Source: a phage. From it: 64,000 bases of DNA. The stretch lies in sequence record PV467749.1; one strand, given 5' to 3'. Shown in pieces: positions 55,345 through 63,743 of the stretch. The notes beneath the pieces were generated by a model. The model was not told the origin of the DNA and did no database searches. It was given only the letters and a program-made list of their open reading frames with translations. Position 1 is the first letter of the stretch. Each line of letters begins with the position of its first letter. A program made the translations under genes and the position numbers.

Positions 55345-55689
55345 TTACATATTTGTACCGAACAAAACGGAACTTTGAATGCCATTAATCGACACTTCAT
55401 GTACATATATATTTTGTCTGAATACCTGAAGCAATTGAACTAAACTCTGTTGCATAATAATATGCATCGCTAAATTATCAAAGGCCGTTTCGTATTGGAA
55501 TCGTGCAGCTTCATCTTCTATGAAATTCGGAACTTGGACTGGATTTTCAAAATTTGTCCTTGTACTGAACTGTACATCATTGTCCTGTACCTTAATACCA
55601 TATGAATTATCATTGTTATCAACTACATCAAATTCAATTAAACTACCATCTTTACTGACGTTTACTATATAAACTGAAAATCTACTCAT
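55345..55689 (-). CDS. FQ-motif family protein (short form)
   Basis: 114 aa; IEDEAARFQYETAFD. Confidence 0.65.
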   Translation of the reverse strand: MSRFSVYIVNVSKDGSLIEFDVVDNNDNSYGIKVQDNDVQFSTRTNFENPVQVPNFIEDEAARFQYETAFDNLAMHIIMQQSLVQLLQVFRQNIYVHEVSINGIQSSVLFGTNM

Positions 55690-56204
55690 AATCCTATTTC
55701 CTTTAAATCTTCCAAAAATGTTTCATAATCACTTAAGGAAAAAAAGATATCCGTATCGATGTTCGCATCTAATACATTATACAAATTCTGCATCTGTAAC
55801 ACATCAGGAGCATCAATCAATGATTGCTGGAAATATGCAGCTTCATCTTCTAAAATATCCCTGAATGATCTCTCTCGTACTCTGTGGTGTACTGAATTGA
55901 ATATTGATTTCTCATCCTTAAGCATTGGTAGGTATCGAATGTACATGTGTTCTCTTAGCTCTGGACTGATGGAACCCCTGAACTGTAACACGTATTCGAA
56001 GCACATAACAACATCCTGAAGGTAATTGGCACTGTAATTATTGCTGTAAACAATCTTATGACTTCTGAACTCATCATCATTTCTGAACCAATTGTCACCT
56101 ACTCTGGTGTACTTATGACTAAGCAATCCACCCTCTAACGCTTTGATGATCTTCAAAATGTTGTGTGCAAATGCATATGATGTATTGTACTTGGCCTGAT
56201 ACAT
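55686..56204 (-). CDS. FQ-motif family protein
   Basis: 172 aa from ATG 56204 (GAGG RBS); LEDEAAYFQQSLID. Confidence 0.7.
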   Translation of the reverse strand: MYQAKYNTSYAFAHNILKIIKALEGGLLSHKYTRVGDNWFRNDDEFRSHKIVYSNNYSANYLQDVVMCFEYVLQFRGSISPELREHMYIRYLPMLKDEKSIFNSVHHRVRERSFRDILEDEAAYFQQSLIDAPDVLQMQNLYNVLDANIDTDIFFSLSDYETFLEDLKEIGL

Positions 56205-56217
56205 GTGTGCCTCAACC

Positions 56218-56412
56218 TTATCTTGTGTTAAAATATTCACTGAAATGATTATAACACAAAAGCACCACGATGTTAAGCACTCTGTTGTCAAAATCATCTT
56301 GTGATGTAGGATGCAAGGACGCATTGATGTTAAAATTCACTATATCATTGTGGAATTGGTATGTGAACAAATCAAACTTCGTATGCCTTTGTTTGATATC
56401 ATAGGCGGTCAT
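56218..56412 (-). CDS. small hypothetical protein
   Basis: 64 aa; fits exactly between its neighbours once the downstream start is corrected. Confidence 0.5.
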   Translation of the reverse strand: MTAYDIKQRHTKFDLFTYQFHNDIVNFNINASLHPTSQDDFDNRVLNIVVLLCYNHFSEYFNTR

Positions 56413-56413
56413 A

Positions 56414-57022
56414 TTATATATTCAACCCTTTAACAATGGAAATAAATTCTTTGTATACATTTTCAGGTAAAGCTCTACTACCATAAAGAACACTAAATTC
56501 AGGTAACATATCCGAAATCTCTTTCGCTAAATTTATTTCATCCCTGAACATTTGCACAGGCATGATATCCTGTACCAATGATAACTGAAAGAAAAATGAT
56601 TCAATATCTTCATGCACCTCTGAATTTAAATAAATCTCTTCTGGAAACTGGGCTGTACTGTAATAATAAAATACGTCAATTCTTTTTTCATTATTTTGTA
56701 CAAGAGGTAAATTTCTTTCGTCTCTCTTATTAATATTTGTTTTCCATGACTCAATGTTATTCGGAACCCAAAACTCATAAGGTGTCTTCTCTCCTGAAAT
56801 ATTATCCAGCTTCAATCCATAATATTCACTTTCGCCGTACTTTTGCTTCAAAACAATACCTGTACTACTAATGTTTACAATGTACGTATCAACAATCCCT
56901 TCTGTGGTAAAAGGAATATTTAACTCTGAACCTTCAGGGTACTTAGCATTGAATGCATCTAATGCTTTACTTAGCACTGGAATTGCACTTGTACTGTACT
57001 TCATTAATTGGTCTATGTTCAT
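56414..57022 (-). CDS. FQ-motif family protein
   Basis: 202 aa; EDIESFFFQLSLVQD. Confidence 0.7.
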   Translation of the reverse strand: MNIDQLMKYSTSAIPVLSKALDAFNAKYPEGSELNIPFTTEGIVDTYIVNISSTGIVLKQKYGESEYYGLKLDNISGEKTPYEFWVPNNIESWKTNINKRDERNLPLVQNNEKRIDVFYYYSTAQFPEEIYLNSEVHEDIESFFFQLSLVQDIMPVQMFRDEINLAKEISDMLPEFSVLYGSRALPENVYKEFISIVKGLNI

Positions 57023-57567
57023 TTTAATTCCCCTGTAATCATACTGATATTTGAACGATACATATCGTACACTGTACTTTCTTTCTTGTGCACAATGAAA
57101 TCATAAAGATCAACAAATGCAGGAATAATAATCTTGAATGATTTATTTGGGTACGTCCCAAAATCAACTGTACTCAATTTTGCAACGAGCATAACAACAA
57201 AGATTTCTTCTGGACTATGCAATGTACTGTACTGAAAATATTCCTCAGCACTCATGGCACTTATTGCATTTATATCTTGTGTTTGTAATGTAATATTAAG
57301 ATATTCAAAAATAGAATAAAACTCTGATTTTGTTTGTATTTTGTATTTGTCAATTGGGGTATCTCTCATGAACCATAAACGGTCCTGACCATAAAAAGGA
57401 ATGATTGAATTTGGGGAACCCAAAAAAACTTCTTCTCTATCAATATCCTTTAACTCAATTTGCATACCGGATGAATTGGCAATAATTAATTCATTAAAAA
57501 TGTAATGAACCTTGTGTACAATCTCTTGTACTGAATTGAAATCATCTGGTATTTTAAAATTTTCCAT
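57019..57567 (-). CDS. FQ-motif family protein
   Basis: 182 aa from ATG 57567 (AAGGAG RBS); MSAEEYFQYSTLH. Confidence 0.7.
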   Translation of the reverse strand: MENFKIPDDFNSVQEIVHKVHYIFNELIIANSSGMQIELKDIDREEVFLGSPNSIIPFYGQDRLWFMRDTPIDKYKIQTKSEFYSIFEYLNITLQTQDINAISAMSAEEYFQYSTLHSPEEIFVVMLVAKLSTVDFGTYPNKSFKIIIPAFVDLYDFIVHKKESTVYDMYRSNISMITGELK

Positions 57568-57593
57568 AGGTATCTCCTTAAAAATGATTACAC

Positions 57594-57622
57594 ATTGTAC
57601 CATGCATTTGTACTCGTGTCAA
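57594..57622 (-). promoter_or_regulatory. sigma70-like promoter
   Basis: Minus strand TTGACA-N17-TACAAT with TGG upstream of the -10; directly after the terminator. Confidence 0.65.
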
Positions 57623-57623
57623 A

Positions 57624-57653
57624 CAAAAAAAGCCCATATCTTACGATACAGGC
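57624..57653 (-). terminator. intrinsic terminator
   Basis: Minus strand GCCTGTATC-GTAA-GATATGGGC followed by TTTTTTT; overlaps the stop of 57641..58138. Confidence 0.7.
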
Positions 57654-58138
57654 ATGTTTATTTGAATTTCATTGTACAAATCATCAATATATAGACATGA
57701 AAACGATAAACTTTCTTTAACTATATTGTTGTGATAAAGCATTTTAAACACTATATAGAAAAATAAATCAATATCATCATGAACTAAATTCTGCTGGAAC
57801 CACCACTCTTCTGTTAAATCTTGTGCATTAAAATCATCAGGAACTTCAATTGACGACATATCAGCATCTTCTTTGTACTCAAACCACATGTCGTCATTTG
57901 GAAAACGTTCATGCTTCTCTGGGTAACAATTGCTGGGATTAAATGCTAAAATATAAAATACCGTCGCAGAATGTTCTTTATTAAAAAATGAATTATTCCA
58001 CACCTGATACCTTTCACCAACATCAAGCTCTTTTGATACTGATGTTATTGCACATAATGTACGATATATTGTTTCTATTTTGTGAACAAATTTAAAGGCT
58101 GCATCTAAACTAAACTCTAAATCAGACATGCGGTGCAT
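57641..58138 (-). CDS. FQ-motif family protein
   Basis: 165 aa; DLTEEWWFQQNLVHD. Confidence 0.7.
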   Translation of the reverse strand: MHRMSDLEFSLDAAFKFVHKIETIYRTLCAITSVSKELDVGERYQVWNNSFFNKEHSATVFYILAFNPSNCYPEKHERFPNDDMWFEYKEDADMSSIEVPDDFNAQDLTEEWWFQQNLVHDDIDLFFYIVFKMLYHNNIVKESLSFSCLYIDDLYNEIQINMPVS

Positions 58139-58458
58139 AAAATTACCTCAACTAAAATAAGAACGGTATTGAATTCGAGGCAACCTTTGATACCTTGATT
58201 GTACATGTACTTTGCTACTACATATTTCTGTACTAAATTATAATTATTAAATTCCTCAAAATTGTAATTTAGAATGAAATTTGTACTCAAAAATAACTTA
58301 TGCATCTCTAATGCACTCTGATAATATTTGTACAACTCACTGATATCAATACTTTGTAAATCACTTTGTTCATATGTATGATAAGGAATGGCGTCAATAT
58401 CAATATTATTAAACCATTCTCTTAACTTATTAATATCAAATGTATTATTCAGCTTCAT
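58117..58458 (-). CDS. hypothetical protein (possibly a very degenerate FQ-family relative)
   Basis: 113 aa; NFEEFNNYNLVQKY is only loosely similar. Confidence 0.5.
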   Translation of the reverse strand: MKLNNTFDINKLREWFNNIDIDAIPYHTYEQSDLQSIDISELYKYYQSALEMHKLFLSTNFILNYNFEEFNNYNLVQKYVVAKYMYNQGIKGCLEFNTVLILVEVILCTACLI

Positions 58459-59023
58459 AACTCAATACCTCCATTAAGCACTCATAAACACCATCAATCG
58501 CATAAGCACAAAAACTGAAATTAATTTTGTTATTCTTGTGTAATGGACTATCGTGTACTGTACTCAACATAACACTATAAAACAAAGAACGTTCATGTGT
58601 AAATAATGATTCCTGAAAAAATGCTTCCTCTGATTTAATTTTATTATATTCAATCGATTGATCATTAGAATAAAATGAATCTTGATTTGAATTGTACCAT
58701 GTGTAATCCAAATCATTCTTTGATATAACTGGTGTTGGATTAAACTGTAAAAGACTAATAACACTACGGGCATTTGGGGTATCAGGTGTATTGAATCGTT
58801 TATCAAAATGACTCGTGCACGCAATATGTGAATCAAAATCAGATGGTTTAAACCCCATGAATGCGTTAATGATTCTTGTATATGGTTTTTTATTATGTGC
58901 TGCTTTCTGTACATTATATAAGGCTGCAACAATACAAGCTAACTTTTGTCCCATAAGGATTGCATTAGCGTAGGTGTACTGAATTTCATTGTACTCATTG
59001 CTTTCATTGTACTTCGAGATCAT
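58445..59023 (-). CDS. FQ-motif family protein
   Basis: 192 aa; IKSEEAFFQESLFT. Confidence 0.7.
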   Translation of the reverse strand: MISKYNESNEYNEIQYTYANAILMGQKLACIVAALYNVQKAAHNKKPYTRIINAFMGFKPSDFDSHIACTSHFDKRFNTPDTPNARSVISLLQFNPTPVISKNDLDYTWYNSNQDSFYSNDQSIEYNKIKSEEAFFQESLFTHERSLFYSVMLSTVHDSPLHKNNKINFSFCAYAIDGVYECLMEVLSYEAE

Positions 59024-59345
59024 GGAACAGCCTCACTTTGCCTAACTCGTCATTGGATATAAATTCGTTAACAGCTTTCTGTATATTCCTTAATAATAGC
59101 ACATCAAATCCTTTTGTGTCAAGCACACATTGCATTTGGAAGAATTCTTCTTCTGATAATGTATTAAAATCCACAAAATTGTCTAATATTACGTCATTAT
59201 CCAAATGTGCCATGTGCCATGTATTTCTTTCGGAGCGTTTAATAAAATTCCATCCATCTGGATAATCGGGTTCTAATTCTACATATATCCCCGATACTGT
59301 ATAAAGCATTTTATATATCATAACTATTGTACTCATTGCTTTCAC
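59004..59345 (-). CDS. FQ-motif family protein (short form)
   Basis: 113 aa (or 105 aa from ATG 59321, collinear with its neighbour); TLSEEEFFQMQCVLD. Confidence 0.7.
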   Translation of the reverse strand: MKAMSTIVMIYKMLYTVSGIYVELEPDYPDGWNFIKRSERNTWHMAHLDNDVILDNFVDFNTLSEEEFFQMQCVLDTKGFDVLLLRNIQKAVNEFISNDELGKVRLFHDLEVQ

Positions 59346-59653
59346 TGTACGTCGATGTCATAATACGCTCCTACCTCATAATCTTTCTTGCTTTGGAATT
59401 CATTAACGACTTTCTGTATATTTCTTAATGTTACCATGTCATGTCCGTACATGTCAACCACCAATTGCATTTGGAAAAATTCTTCTTCAGATAATGTATT
59501 AAAATCTATAAAATAATCCGTAACAACATGTTCGTCTAAATTTGCCATGTACCATTGATTGGTATCGACCTCTTTAACCAAATTCCATGCATCTGGATCG
59601 GATTCTAATTCTACATATATTAATGTTAATGTATACAGCATTTTATACTTCAT
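59342..59653 (-). CDS. FQ-motif family protein (short form)
   Basis: 103 aa; MKYKMLYTLTLIYVELE...TLSEEEFFQMQLVVD. Confidence 0.75.
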   Translation of the reverse strand: MKYKMLYTLTLIYVELESDPDAWNLVKEVDTNQWYMANLDEHVVTDYFIDFNTLSEEEFFQMQLVVDMYGHDMVTLRNIQKVVNEFQSKKDYEVGAYYDIDVQ

Positions 59654-60203
59654 AACTATATCCTTGCATTAAAAGAACATAAGCAATATCAACTAATTCT
59701 AAACGAATGAAAAATTTTAAATTATCTTTCAATAGATTCAAATGCATTATACTAAACAACATAAGATACTTCATTTGATTTGTATTGTATATTAGGGATG
59801 TCTGAAATACTTCTGCTTCATTGTAAGGATCAATAAATTTTATACCTTCTTCACTGTAATCCGTTTTGGAATTCTGATATATAAAATAATCATCACCAGC
59901 ATTGTACCACAAATAACCTTCAAAACTAGAATCAAATTCTGAATTTTCATTTCGCATTAAAGGTGATACTGAAATTGGATTTGAACCAACTGTTGCACAA
60001 ACCTCAATGTAAGCATCTTCACTTCCCTTAACTTCCTCTTTGATTTTATCATTGTACTGTCCTGCAAAACCAGCTTTTACTTCCAAATATAAACTACTCC
60101 CAACTTTATTAATTCTTAAAAGGGAACTCTGTACTGTATTCGCATTGTTCAGCACTAACGATATTGTGCAAATCTTATGTACCAATAACTCAATATCATT
60201 CAT
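59643..60203 (-). CDS. FQ-motif family protein
   Basis: 186 aa; PYNEAEVFQTSLIY. Confidence 0.7.
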   Translation of the reverse strand: MNDIELLVHKICTISLVLNNANTVQSSLLRINKVGSSLYLEVKAGFAGQYNDKIKEEVKGSEDAYIEVCATVGSNPISVSPLMRNENSEFDSSFEGYLWYNAGDDYFIYQNSKTDYSEEGIKFIDPYNEAEVFQTSLIYNTNQMKYLMLFSIMHLNLLKDNLKFFIRLELVDIAYVLLMQGYSYEV

Positions 60204-60214
60204 ATTGGTATTCC

Positions 60215-60397
60215 TTAATTTGGTGGATTTGGATGTAATAAACGATCTTGATAATTTAAATGCTCTTGTAATATTGCACTAAGATAATAACTAAAATCAT
60301 TAATTCCACCCTTTAAATGTATATTGTAATACATCTTAATGCTTGTAATCAATGAATTATTTAAATCATCAAATGTTCTTGCTTCATATGATTTCAT
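60215..60397 (-). CDS. small hypothetical protein (possibly a divergent family C member)
   Basis: 60-aa ORF. Confidence 0.5.
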   Translation of the reverse strand: MKSYEARTFDDLNNSLITSIKMYYNIHLKGGINDFSYYLSAILQEHLNYQDRLLHPNPPN

Positions 60398-60519
60398 TAA
60401 AATTCTTCCCTCAAATAACGCTTAATGGCACAATCTAAATAAAAATCATAATACATCATATCTCTATTCTTAACCCATACACAATAATCTGCATTAATAT
60501 TTCTTAATAATATATTCAT
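60397..60519 (-). CDS. possible small protein (40 aa), below the ORF-track cutoff
   Basis: MNILLRNINADYCVWVKNRDMMYYDFYLDCAIKRYLREEF; TAATG overlap with the next start. Confidence 0.35.
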   Translation of the reverse strand: MNILLRNINADYCVWVKNRDMMYYDFYLDCAIKRYLREEF

Positions 60520-60536
60520 ATTATAATCTTCACACC

Positions 60537-60947
60537 CTAATCGTGCCATTTAATAGGATACTCCGTTCCATTTATTGTATAAGATATAATCCATCCGTAA
60601 TGAATAGGATGATTTTTGTCTGAAACAGGAATAAAATATAAAGATGTACTAGGATTATAACTGAATAAATCGTTGTTACCAATTGTAAAATGTGATAACT
60701 CAATCTTCCTTGTACCTGTACTTGGACGAAGAACATTCTTAACACCGAAGACTGTACCTTGATATTTCTCGGAAAATTCAAACAATGCATCTGCAATTAA
60801 ATCACGAAACTCCGCATGTATGGTTTCAAAAAAATCTATATTACACGATGTTTTAATATCCTTGAACTCCTTATATAAAGAGCTTCTTGTATTCAAAAGA
60901 AATATTACTTTTTTAAGATCCTGAACTATTTCTGGATTCATATTCAT
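60537..60947 (-). CDS. hypothetical protein (not an FQ-family member)
   Basis: 136-aa ORF. Confidence 0.6.
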   Translation of the reverse strand: MNMNPEIVQDLKKVIFLLNTRSSLYKEFKDIKTSCNIDFFETIHAEFRDLIADALFEFSEKYQGTVFGVKNVLRPSTGTRKIELSHFTIGNNDLFSYNPSTSLYFIPVSDKNHPIHYGWIISYTINGTEYPIKWHD

Positions 60948-61188
60948 TTATCTCATTCTGTAACTTAAGCATCAAAATTTGCATATTAATTTTTTGTACA
61001 AGATGATTGAGAAATTTCTGTACTGTATCTTCTTGTTCTTTTGTACCAAGATAAAATAACATATTAAATTCAGATAATCTCAGAGCGAAATCTTCCTCTC
61101 CCCCTAGTAAACAAAAATCCCTGTACTTTGAAGCATACAAATAAGCATCTATCTTTTTATAATTCACTGTACTTCCTTTCATATGCAT
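60913..61188 (-). CDS. LGT-Q motif small protein (family C)
   Basis: 91 aa; MLFYLGTKEQEDTVQKFLNHL. Confidence 0.6.
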   Translation of the reverse strand: MHMKGSTVNYKKIDAYLYASKYRDFCLLGGEEDFALRLSEFNMLFYLGTKEQEDTVQKFLNHLVQKINMQILMLKLQNEINEYESRNSSGS

Positions 61189-61199
61189 TAGGTATCTCC

Positions 61200-61511
61200 T
61201 TATATATTGACATGTTTTGTTATCCCTGCTGTACCTTGTATTAAATTATCATACATATCGAGCATCACTTTTTGAATACTAATTAATACTGGCATCGTGC
61301 AAATATCAATGTCGTATATTAAGCTGTACTGGAATAATTCCTCTTCCTGCATTTGTACTAAATTAGGTAAAAGATAATTGTCTGCCTCTTCATCCTGGTA
61401 CTTGAAATGCATAACACCATCCTTTTTGTACAAAAGAATGTCAATATCACCTAACTCTTCTGCATAACCAAAAATACATATACTCGATGTTTTTGCTATA
61501 TTAAATTTCAT
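61200..61511 (-). CDS. FQ-motif family protein (short form)
   Basis: 103 aa; QMQEEELFQYSLIYD. Confidence 0.7.
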   Translation of the reverse strand: MKFNIAKTSSICIFGYAEELGDIDILLYKKDGVMHFKYQDEEADNYLLPNLVQMQEEELFQYSLIYDIDICTMPVLISIQKVMLDMYDNLIQGTAGITKHVNI

Positions 61512-61520
61512 ATTCTTCTC

Positions 61521-61844
61521 TTATATGTAGAATTCACATACGCGTTGAACAAAATTCTTTGGAAGATGACAATGTGCAATCATCTGCTTTTGTACTTCCT
61601 TCATGTCTTCGAATGTAAATCCTAAAGAATCATCATGTACTAACAAGTACTGAAACTCTTCTTCTTCAGAGATAGAACATAAATTCGGTACTGAAATTGT
61701 TTTTGCTTTTCTTGCACCCAATTTCCAATGAAAAGAATTATTGCATTTTCTGTACTCAAATATCTTCAACCCAGAACCTGTATTAAAATCAGCTACTACA
61801 ATGTAACATGAATTCTTACGTACAATACAATTGAACTTACGCAT
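61521..61844 (-). CDS. FQ-motif family protein (short form)
   Basis: 107 aa from ATG 61844 (GGAG RBS, TAATG overlap); SISEEEEFQYLLVHD. Confidence 0.7.
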   Translation of the reverse strand: MRKFNCIVRKNSCYIVVADFNTGSGLKIFEYRKCNNSFHWKLGARKAKTISVPNLCSISEEEEFQYLLVHDDSLGFTFEDMKEVQKQMIAHCHLPKNFVQRVCEFYI

Positions 61845-62089
61845 TATCTCCACCTCTCTCCGTCTGTACAAGAGTACTGGTACGTTGTCGTTAGGGTAGG
61901 GACCATGTTTGTAATGGGCATATTATTAACAATAACGGTAACAGGCATAAGAATCGTCTCTTCTCTACTCTGTCCTGTCCTTGTGCAATTCATCTTTTGC
62001 ATTTCATCGGACTCCATGAAATACAATACAAATGGTGCAATCCCAAGAACAATACACAAGACGATAAGGAAATTTAAAAAATTCAACAT
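61844..62089 (-). CDS. small membrane-anchored protein
   Basis: 81 aa; N-terminal TM segment FLNFLIVLCIVLGIAPFVLYF; downstream of a promoter. Confidence 0.55.
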   Translation of the reverse strand: MLNFLNFLIVLCIVLGIAPFVLYFMESDEMQKMNCTRTGQSREETILMPVTVIVNNMPITNMVPTLTTTYQYSCTDGERWR

Positions 62090-62118
62090 AATTTTTACCC
62101 CATGATTAACGTACAGGT

Positions 62119-62147
62119 ACTATATCAGTAATGAAAAGTACTGTCAA
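62119..62147 (-). promoter_or_regulatory. sigma70-like promoter with extended -10
   Basis: Minus strand TTGACA-N17-TATAGT with TGA; -35 lies in a tandem 10-mer AGTACTGTCA x2 (62137-62156). Confidence 0.6.
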
Positions 62148-62153
62148 GTACTG

Positions 62154-62369
62154 TCATTTGCATTTGGACTTTATTTGACACATCAACCCCCAAATTAAAT
62201 ATCGAACACTATCAGCTTGATAGTTTGTTCCTACTGTGTGTTTTAAGATTAACTCATCTTTCAGTACTGAACATTCTGCATTAGATATAGGAAGAGAATT
62301 AATTCTTTTAATTTCTGGTTGTAAAGTCCTGATAAGATTGGTGTAATCTTTGTATGATAATCTTTTCAT
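62154..62369 (-). CDS. LGT-Q motif small protein (family C, divergent)
   Basis: 71 aa; MKRLSYKDYTNLIR...LKHTVGTNYQADSVRYLIWGL. Confidence 0.55.
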   Translation of the reverse strand: MKRLSYKDYTNLIRTLQPEIKRINSLPISNAECSVLKDELILKHTVGTNYQADSVRYLIWGLMCQIKSKCK

Positions 62370-62372
62370 TGT

Positions 62373-62714
62373 TCAGTACTCAACGATGTGTTCTTCATAA
62401 CCATTAAACTCCGGTTTAGTTTCTTTCATTAGGACTACCATTTTATGTACTAATGGCATAGGAAATTCTAAATCCCATACTAATGATTCTTGAAAGTATT
62501 CTTCTTCAGATAAAGTACTTAAATCTTTAATATCAACGTGCTTGTATATTTTATTTTCGTAATTAAGAAATGATATATATAAATCATTAACATAAGAATC
62601 ATAAGTAATTGTGAATGGCTTACCCTTGTAGTCCATTACATCTTTACATAGACTGCATTTGATATATGTATGTTCTTCTGAACTGTATACATTGAGTTGT
62701 ATATTAGTTTTCAT
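62373..62714 (-). CDS. FQ-motif family protein (short form)
   Basis: 113 aa; TLSEEEYFQESLVWDLEFPMPLVHKM. Confidence 0.75.
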   Translation of the reverse strand: MKTNIQLNVYSSEEHTYIKCSLCKDVMDYKGKPFTITYDSYVNDLYISFLNYENKIYKHVDIKDLSTLSEEEYFQESLVWDLEFPMPLVHKMVVLMKETKPEFNGYEEHIVEY

Positions 62715-62728
62715 AGTTACCTTATATA

Positions 62729-63067
62729 TTAATACTCAATAATGTGATCTTCATAACCATTAGGTACAGGCTTAGTTTCTTTTATTAGTACTATCATCTT
62801 ATGTACTAATGGCATAGGAAACTCCAAATCCCATACTAATGATTCTTGAAAGTATTCCTCTTCAGATAAAGTACTTAAATCTTCAATGTCAATGTGTTCG
62901 TACATGTTATATTTGTAATCAGCAAAAGATATATAAAAACCTCTTGTATTATCATAAGTAAGTGCAAATGGCTTACCTTTGTAGTCCATTACAGAGTTAC
63001 ATGTATGGCATTTGATGTATGTACTTGCAAATGATTTATATACCTTGAGTTTTATATTAGTTTTCAT
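62729..63067 (-). CDS. FQ-motif family protein (short form)
   Basis: 112 aa; the closest pair in the array with 62373..62714 (long identical stretches, e.g. MDYKGKPF and LSTLSEEEYFQESLVWDLEFPMPLVHKM). Confidence 0.75.
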   Translation of the reverse strand: MKTNIKLKVYKSFASTYIKCHTCNSVMDYKGKPFALTYDNTRGFYISFADYKYNMYEHIDIEDLSTLSEEEYFQESLVWDLEFPMPLVHKMIVLIKETKPVPNGYEDHIIEY

Positions 63068-63308
63068 ATTTCTCTTTATTAGCTTGTTTAGATTGTTTGG
63101 TTTTATAGTGAATGAAATCTATTAATGTAATCAAGTACAACGTCAAATAGTACTCTTGTTGATCTGTACCTAATGATACAAAGAACTTGTGCTCATAGAT
63201 TAAAACCTGTTTCTCTTCAAATGGACATTTAATCCTCTGTATAGGCTTAAGTAAATGATAGTACTTATTAAATCTATGATACATTTCTAGTTCTGTCAGT
63301 ACTTTCAT
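63057..63308 (-). CDS. LGT-Q motif small protein (family C)
   Basis: 83 aa from ATG 63308; MKVLTELEMYHRF...FFVSLGTDQQEYYLTLYL. Confidence 0.6.
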   Translation of the reverse strand: MKVLTELEMYHRFNKYYHLLKPIQRIKCPFEEKQVLIYEHKFFVSLGTDQQEYYLTLYLITLIDFIHYKTKQSKQANKEKYEN

Positions 63309-63309
63309 A

Positions 63310-63531
63310 TTAAACATGTACTCCATTAGCTGTAGCATCACGTAAAGCTCTCAAATACTTCTGTACTGCTTGCTCTTGATGATCTGTACCTAAAAGTATA
63401 TACATCCATAATTCACTGTAATGTACATCTTGTGTATAAGGGTTGTTGTAACTTTTTGATAATATAGCATCAAATTCAGATGCATGAACCCTTGCGAACT
63501 TAAGCATATCTTGTTGTGTTATGATTCTCAT
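63310..63531 (-). CDS. LGT-Q motif small protein (family C)
   Basis: 73 aa; MRIITQQDMLKFAR...YILLGTDHQEQAVQKYLRAL. Confidence 0.65.
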   Translation of the reverse strand: MRIITQQDMLKFARVHASEFDAILSKSYNNPYTQDVHYSELWMYILLGTDHQEQAVQKYLRALRDATANGVHV

Positions 63532-63743
63532 ATCTTTTCCTGTACTATCTGCATAAGAATCTCTATGTGTGAATTAACAGTTCTCTCTTGATGCTGTGTT
63601 CCTAAGAGTGTCAGTACTATCATCTCTGAACGCAAAAGATTTTTTTCAAGTTCACTTATATCAGTTCTTGAATCAAGTGCCATATATTTGTGATTATTCT
63701 TCCTGAATAGTGCCAAGTACTCTTGATTTGATATTTCCTTCAT
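63528..63743 (-). CDS. LGT-Q motif small protein (family C)
   Basis: 71 aa; MKEISNQEYLALFR...LTLLGTQHQERTVNSHIEIL. Confidence 0.65.
   Translation of the reverse strand: MKEISNQEYLALFRKNNHKYMALDSRTDISELEKNLLRSEMIVLTLLGTQHQERTVNSHIEILMQIVQEKI

Larger units (their letters stand above)
35331..63067 (-). other. tandem array of about 50 FQ-motif paralogs with interleaved small families
   Basis: 45 ORFs carry an exact F-Q in the shared context acidic-EE-x-[YFL]-F-Q-x-S-[TL]-[VIL]; 6 more have a degenerate version at the same position. Confidence 0.85.

Noticed and set aside
58564-58932. Minus-strand ORFs nested out of frame inside longer genes (1874..2107, 4385..4636, 10359..10568, 10791..10982, 13542..13739, 19127..19381, 22367..22588, 28568..28777, 34113..34331, 45677..45898, 45982..46248, 48438..48626, 49458..49643, 51906..52151, 52265..52480, 58564..58932, 60572..60796)
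   Set aside because: They are fully contained in better-supported ORFs that carry family motifs or enzyme signatures. There is no independent start context.
35331-63067. The FQ motif as a DNA-level repeat (recombination or shuffling site, CRISPR-like repeat, or promoter embedded in each gene)
   Set aside because: The motif is encoded with different synonymous codons in different copies (TTT/TTC, CAG/CAA, AGT/AGC, ACT/ACC/ACA), and the surrounding DNA is not conserved. There is no regular repeat-spacer structure. The conservation is at the protein level.
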